Below are positions 59,069 through 64,000 of a stretch of 64,000 nt of DNA, in pieces. Position 1 is the first letter of the stretch. The number at the start of each line of letters is the position of its first letter. Origin of the DNA: Longimicrobiales bacterium (GTDB lineage: Bacteria; Gemmatimonadota; Gemmatimonadetes; Longimicrobiales; Gaopeijiaceae); assembly GCA_965204735.1 (NCBI GenBank), contig OZ242008.1, forward strand, positions 608,001-672,000, in the 5' to 3' direction. The notes beneath the pieces are model-generated. The model worked only from the letters and a program-made list of their open reading frames with translations. It did not search any database and had not been told where the DNA came from. A program made the translations under genes and the position numbers.

Positions 59069-62000
59069 ATGGCCAAACACCGCATTGCAGACTGGGCCTT
59101 CCCACTCCGCCAAGTCTCCATCGACTCCGTGCACGAGAAGAACGTGCGGCACGGGCACATTTCCACGTTGCACATCTGGCCCGCACGGCGTCCGCTGGCG
59201 GCGAGCCGGGCGGTGCTTCTGGCGACGTTGCTGAAGGATGTGAGGACGGACGAGGCACGGCGGAAGATACTGGAGCGGATGGCCGGGCATGTCATCGAGA
59301 CGAAGGACGATGAGGGGAACACGAAAAAGGAGACGATAGGCGGTATCTGTCGGTGGGGCCGGGAGGACGGCTGGGCTCTGGACGGCTTTCGGAAGGCGAT
59401 CATGGAAGGCTCGGAAGGAAGGATTCCGCGCGTGCTGGACCCGTTTGCGGGGGGCGGGGCGATTCCGCTGGAGGGGATGCGGCTCGGCGCGGCAGTGGTG
59501 GCTTCGGATCTGAGTCCGACGGCGTGGTTCGTGTTGCGGTGCGCACTGCACTATCCGCGTCTCGTGGCAGGCGAGAGGTTGCCGCTGCCGGCCTTTTCTC
59601 TGGAAGATCGCGACTTTGTAGAGGCGGTCTTCAAGGCACGCGGACTCAAGGGTGCGAAGCTCCGCGCCGACGTGGAACGTACCTGGAGGTCTGCGGTTGG
59701 CGCCTCGGCAAAGGAAGCGTCGTTGCCAGAGACGCCGCTGCCGTCGGTGGTCGCGGAATTGGCGTGGCATGTGCGCGCATGGGCAAGGCGCGTAATGGAT
59801 CGTGTGCGGTCGGAGCTGGCAGATCGGTATCTGACCTACGCGGAGTTTGAGCCGGCGGCCGAGAAAGGGCGAGGCACCGCGTCTGGGGAGCCGAGGGAAT
59901 GGAAGCACCGGTCTCCACAGCTGCTTGAGCGGCGTGTCGACATTGCGGAGGCGGTCGATCAGCTCAACGAGGAATTCGATTCGACGTACCTGGAGAACCC
60001 GCGCAACCCGCGCTGGGTAGCGAAGCCGGTCGTGGCGTATCTGTGGGCGCGCACGGTGACATGCAACGACTGTCGGGCGGCGGTACCCTTGCTGAAGACG
60101 CGCTGGCTGTGCAGGAAGGGCCGGAAGCGGGCCTGGCTCGGGGGAGAAAGGCGAGCCGATGGAAGCTACTGTGTGTATGGTACCGGCGGCGGCGTGTCCG
60201 TGACAGAGGATGGGTTGCGAGGCGACACTGGAGAGAACGCGAACGGCCCAGCACGGGGATCGGGCACGATGAGCCGGACGGGCGTCACGTGCCCGGAGTG
60301 CAACTCCATCCTTACGATGGCCGACCTTCGCCGGGAGGGTCGCGCTGGGCGCCTGGGTGCTACGATGACGGCGGTCGTTGTGGATGGCCAGAGGGGCAAG
60401 GAATACCGCTCGCCGATGCCGGAAGAGATTGAGGCGGCTGCCGTCGGCACTGACGACCTTGAAGAAGAGGTGTGGGCGGACATTCCCTTTGGCCTACCGA
60501 ACGAGCAGACGCCAATGGCGGGGAGCTTGGGCAATGGCATCACAGCCTATGGCTTCACCACTTGGGACAGCGTCTTCACCCGTCGCCAACTCATGACGCT
60601 GGGCTGTTTTCTGCGGGAGGTCGCCGACTGCCGCGATGAGTTGGGCGACTACCCACCGGCATGGCAGGAAGCCATCGTAGCCTACTTGGCCTGCGCGTTG
60701 AGCAAGCTCACCGACTACAGCAGCGCCATGTGTTCCTGGCACAACAGCGTGGAGGCATTGCGCAACACATTCGCCCGCTTCGCCCTTACCATGGTGTGGG
60801 ACTACTGCGAGGTGAATCCGTTGTCCCAACGAACTGGCGGATTCTCGGCGATGACGGAGTGGGTCGCCCGCTATGTCCAATGGGCTGAACGGGCGGTTGT
60901 GGCCTCTCCCTCCCCAACCATCCAAGCCCGTAGCGCGATTGAATCGTGGGGCTCAAGGCAGTTCGACGTCATCTGCACCGACCCGCCCTACTACGACGCG
61001 ATTCCCTACTCCGACCTGACGGATTTCTTCCACGTCTGGCTTCGGCGAGTCCTGCACGGATTGTCCCCGGAGATCGACGAAGTGTTCTCGGAGCCGCTGG
61101 GACCGAAGTGGGACAACGAAGCCCAAGACGGCGAGCTCATCGACGATGCCAGCCGCTTCGACGGCGACCGCACGGCCTCGAAGAAGAACTACGAAGACGG
61201 CATGTTCCGCGCCTTCAAGCGGTTCTGGGAGGCGCTTCGCGACGACGGTCGCCTCGTCCTCGTCTTCGCCAACAAGTCGCCCGACGCCTGGGAGACGCTC
61301 GTGTCGGCGTTGATCCGCGCCGGGTTCGTCGTGACCGCGTCGTGGCCGATTCAGACGGAGATGCAGACTCGCCAGCGCTCCAAGTCGTCCGCCGCCCTCT
61401 CCTCCTCCATCTGGATCATCTGTCGCAAGCGCCCGGCCCGAACCAAGCCCGGCTGGGACCACCGAGTCCTCGCCGAGATGGAAGAGAAGATCACGCAGCG
61501 CCTCCGCAACTTCTGGGACGCCGGCATCCGCGGTCCCGACTTCGTGTGGGCGGCCACCGGTCCCGCCCTCGAAGCCTTCAGCAAGCACCCGGTCGTCAAG
61601 CTGGCCGACGCACCTGGCGAGCAGCTGACCGTCGCCGAGTTCCTTCGTCGCGTGCGGCGCATGGTCGTCGGCTTCGTTGTGAACCTGCTGCTGCTGCGCG
61701 AAGGCGGGGCGACCGACGACCTGGACGACCCGACCACCTACTACCTGCTCCACCGCAACGACTTCGGGATGGAGAAGGCCCCGGCGGGCGCGTGCATCTT
61801 GTACGCTCTCTCGTGCAACGTGTCGGACACGGAGCTGGTGGGACGGATGGACCTGCTGGCGAAAGCGGGCTCGGGTGCCGATCTCCGCTTGCAGCCCTGG
61901 CACCGCCGAAAGGACCGCAAGCTGGGCGAGCCGGACGCCAGCGGTCGGGCACCGCCCCTGATCGACTGCGTGCACAAGGTGATGCAGCTGTGGAAGACGG

Positions 62001-62203
62001 GCGAGCGCTCCCGAGTGGACGCCTACCTGGGACGGCGCGGCCTGTGGCGTCACGACCTGTTCGCTCGAATCGTGCAGGCCGTGATCGAGCTGGCCCCGGA
62101 AGGCTCGGACGAGCGGTCCCTCTTGGAGTCGATTCAGAACCACCTTCGGTCGGCGCGTCCCGGTTCCGGGGCTCGCGGTCCCCGCCAAGGCAACCTGTTC
62201 TAA
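59069..62203 (+). CDS. DUF1156 Zn-ribbon adenine-specific DNA methyltransferase
   Basis: HGHISTLHIWPARRPLAASRA, LDPFAGGGAIPLE, YLWARTVTCNDC, CPEC, TDPPYYD, IRGPDF. Confidence 0.92.
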   Translation: MAKHRIADWAFPLRQVSIDSVHEKNVRHGHISTLHIWPARRPLAASRAVLLATLLKDVRTDEARRKILERMAGHVIETKDDEGNTKKETIGGICRWGREDGWALDGFRKAIMEGSEGRIPRVLDPFAGGGAIPLEGMRLGAAVVASDLSPTAWFVLRCALHYPRLVAGERLPLPAFSLEDRDFVEAVFKARGLKGAKLRADVERTWRSAVGASAKEASLPETPLPSVVAELAWHVRAWARRVMDRVRSELADRYLTYAEFEPAAEKGRGTASGEPREWKHRSPQLLERRVDIAEAVDQLNEEFDSTYLENPRNPRWVAKPVVAYLWARTVTCNDCRAAVPLLKTRWLCRKGRKRAWLGGERRADGSYCVYGTGGGVSVTEDGLRGDTGENANGPARGSGTMSRTGVTCPECNSILTMADLRREGRAGRLGATMTAVVVDGQRGKEYRSPMPEEIEAAAVGTDDLEEEVWADIPFGLPNEQTPMAGSLGNGITAYGFTTWDSVFTRRQLMTLGCFLREVADCRDELGDYPPAWQEAIVAYLACALSKLTDYSSAMCSWHNSVEALRNTFARFALTMVWDYCEVNPLSQRTGGFSAMTEWVARYVQWAERAVVASPSPTIQARSAIESWGSRQFDVICTDPPYYDAIPYSDLTDFFHVWLRRVLHGLSPEIDEVFSEPLGPKWDNEAQDGELIDDASRFDGDRTASKKNYEDGMFRAFKRFWEALRDDGRLVLVFANKSPDAWETLVSALIRAGFVVTASWPIQTEMQTRQRSKSSAALSSSIWIICRKRPARTKPGWDHRVLAEMEEKITQRLRNFWDAGIRGPDFVWAATGPALEAFSKHPVVKLADAPGEQLTVAEFLRRVRRMVVGFVVNLLLLREGGATDDLDDPTTYYLLHRNDFGMEKAPAGACILYALSCNVSDTELVGRMDLLAKAGSGADLRLQPWHRRKDRKLGEPDASGRAPPLIDCVHKVMQLWKTGERSRVDAYLGRRGLWRHDLFARIVQAVIELAPEGSDERSLLESIQNHLRSARPGSGARGPRQGNLF

Positions 62204-62337
62204 TAAGGCCCGGCCGCCGTGGTCCAGAGCCCTCGCTCTTCGACCATACCGGTCTTGGGAGCGTCCCGAAGGGTGACCCTCGCCGCCTTGGAGCTGCCTC
62301 CGACAGTCTCATCTTGGTCGTCGCTCAACAGTTCTGG

Positions 62338-62466
62338 CTACCGTTTTGCCACCGTTTTACTACCATAGTGCCACCATTCTACTACCATAGTGCCACCATT
62401 CTACTACCATAATGCCACCATTTTACTACCATAATGCCACCATTTTACTACCATCTTGCCACCACC
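62338..62466. repeat. AT-rich array of about 5.5 x 22-bp tandem repeats built from alternating 11-bp half units
   Basis: ctaccgttttg ccaccgtttta / ctaccatagtg ccaccattcta x2 / ctaccataatg ccaccatttta x2 / ctaccatcttg ccacc. Confidence 0.92.
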
Positions 62467-62501
62467 TTCCCGAGAACCGCCTACACACGACCAGCGCTCC
62501 A

Positions 62502-63422
62502 TCAGCTGCGGACGGCTGCGTCCCGGCGAGGCGGAGCCCGGAAGACCCACCTCCGGTGCCACTCGACGCACGAAGGCGACGGCGCCAGCTCCGCGGTCAG
62601 CGGGCGGCGAACGGGCCTTCCGTGCAGGTCCCGCAGCTGGTCCGTCGCCGGACTCGATCCCAGGACCCGGTTCGAGATCACGACCCGGTAGCCCGATCGC
62701 TCGGGACGAAGGCCGAGGACGCCGTGGTTGAGGGCCTTGTGGTGAAGCAGGCAGAGGGCGAGCGCGTTCGAGACGTCGTTGGGACCGCCGTGGGAGCGCC
62801 ACCGGATGCGAGCGGCCTCGACGGCAAAGGCGCGGTCGTCCATGCGAGCGTCGAAGTCGCAGACGGAACAGCGGTCCTGGTACTCGCCGAGGACGAGGTC
62901 CCGAAAGGCGTTCTCGTGCGCTCCGCGCGGCCGGGACTCGACCAGCGCCCAGTCCCAGCGGAGCCCGGCGGCGGCGCGAAGGGCGTCGTGACGCTCGGAG
63001 TCGAAGTGGTGCCCCAGGAGCAGTTCGGCCGCTTCCACGACCAGCTCGGGATCGGACGCCAGCAAGTCGTGCACATCCTGGGGGAATCCGCCGACCACGC
63101 CACGTTCTCGGAGCTCCCGCGCGTGGAGGTTGCCGCTGGACGTGGTCGACAGCGCTGCATCCCCTGGAATCTCCCACAGACCGTCGCGCCGCAACCGCCC
63201 GAACGGATACACGGGATCGAACGCACGCCTTCTGGGTCCGAGTTCGTCCGACATCCGACAAAGAATCGGCTCGACGCTCGCGAACGCCACGAGGCGCCCG
63301 CGACCCTGCGCAACCCGGCCCAGCGCCAGCAACAGCAGGAGCGGCTTGTGGGGGGCCGTCTCTCCCTTCCGGGTCGCGGTCCGTATCTGCGCGAAGCGAT
63401 GGAGCAGTTCCGTCCGGGTCAT
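62502..63422 (-). CDS. SBD-HNH (phosphorothioate-dependent type IV-like) restriction endonuclease, possibly inactive
   Basis: APHKPLLLLLALG and YPFGRLRRDGLWEI (SBD-like); CSVC...EAARI...SNALALCLLHH (HNH); ATG 63422. Confidence 0.82.
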   Translation of the reverse strand: MTRTELLHRFAQIRTATRKGETAPHKPLLLLLALGRVAQGRGRLVAFASVEPILCRMSDELGPRRRAFDPVYPFGRLRRDGLWEIPGDAALSTTSSGNLHARELRERGVVGGFPQDVHDLLASDPELVVEAAELLLGHHFDSERHDALRAAAGLRWDWALVESRPRGAHENAFRDLVLGEYQDRCSVCDFDARMDDRAFAVEAARIRWRSHGGPNDVSNALALCLLHHKALNHGVLGLRPERSGYRVVISNRVLGSSPATDQLRDLHGRPVRRPLTAELAPSPSCVEWHRRWVFRAPPRRDAAVRS

Positions 63423-63794
63423 CGGAGGCACGAAGCTCGCCGCCGCCCGATGGGTCTGTACACCGATCCCCTTCGCGTCTCGTTCATGGCATCCATGGGT
63501 ACCGTCTCCGCGACGGGTCGAGCAAGGGTTCGCTCTCCTGGTCGCGACCCGGGGTCCCGCGACGAACCCGACCGCCAGTGACGCCGTGGGCGTCACGGGG
63601 GCGATCCCCGCGGCCGCCGTTGGCCCAGCCTCCCGAGTGCTCGTCCCCAATCGAGGTCCCCTGTCCCAATCTCAGGCATTTTGCCCACAGGGGTCCGTCC
63701 AGGCCCGTCCCGATGTAGATTGCGAGGCAGGGCAACTACGACCCCGGCCCGGTCCCGCCAGAGAGGCCGCGGCCCAAGAGAAAAGGACGGCAAG

Positions 63795-64000
63795 ATGGAG
63801 CTCTTCACTAACGGCGACTTCTGGACAATTGTGGCGATTGTGGTGTCGGCTCTTGGCGTTCACCGGGCGGCAAAGGCCGACAGGCGAAGGGAGCGCCAGG
63901 AGATGGAGAAGCGGCGCGAAGCGGGAGAGAAGCGGCTCGCGGAGCAGATCAGCGCCCAGGGACAGGAACTGTCGGAAACGAGGCGGGCGCTGACGGAGGC
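63795..64000 (+). CDS. Hypothetical membrane-anchored coiled-coil protein (3' partial)
   Basis: RBS aaaagga, then MELFTNGDFWTIVAIVVSALGVHRAAKADRRRERQEMEKRREAGEKRLAEQISAQ..., open to the window end. Confidence 0.6.
   Translation, partial: MELFTNGDFWTIVAIVVSALGVHRAAKADRRRERQEMEKRREAGEKRLAEQISAQGQELSETRRALTE

Noticed and set aside
62338..62466. CRISPR array or coding ORFs (62412+, 62434+) over the 22-bp repeats
   Set aside because: The repeats are contiguous without unique spacers, and the ORFs are repeat translations running antisense to the HNH gene.
32400..64000. Prophage, ICE or IS element explaining the island
   Set aside because: No integrase, transposase, relaxase, phage structural gene, tRNA or att-like flanking repeat was recognised in the window.

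Overview
High-GC bacterial chromosomal window. Gene content (cadherin autotransporters, ankyrin protein, DUF1592/DUF1552 pair, form I CO dehydrogenase) resembles Gemmatimonadota/Acidobacteriota-type symbionts; that assignment is inference only. The left half (1-32.4 kb) holds two paralogous repeat-rich autotransporters, a frameshifted N4-C-type DNA methyltransferase, prolyl oligopeptidase, a Tet-like MFS, zincin, lipoproteins, a DUF1592-DUF1552-ankyrin cluster split by one autotransporter, a DUF5107-TPR protein, and a coxDEG-MSL operon (AYRCSFR, form I) followed by a beta-carbonic anhydrase. The right half (32.4-64 kb) is a mosaic defence island. It opens with a BsuBI/PstI-like MTase fused to a truncated REase and a pair of STAND-like ATPases bracketed by a duplicated HTH segment. 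An HTH-SNF2-DUF3883 helicase and a DUF1156 methylase are then separated by about 16 kb of co-oriented cargo: a retropepsin, a Dcm + GHKL/His-kinase + receiver triad, a truncated AlbA/RecG-C gene, two tandem cassettes of a ~980-aa MTase plus a small separate PD-(D/E)xK protein, and a KAP NTPase. A 22-bp iteron-like array and an SBD-HNH nuclease with an apparent catalytic His-to-Arg change close the island. The best candidates for an undescribed system are the tandem MTase + separate nuclease cassettes and the Dcm-GHKL/HK-REC triad. All family assignments come from motifs read by eye; no database searches were run.
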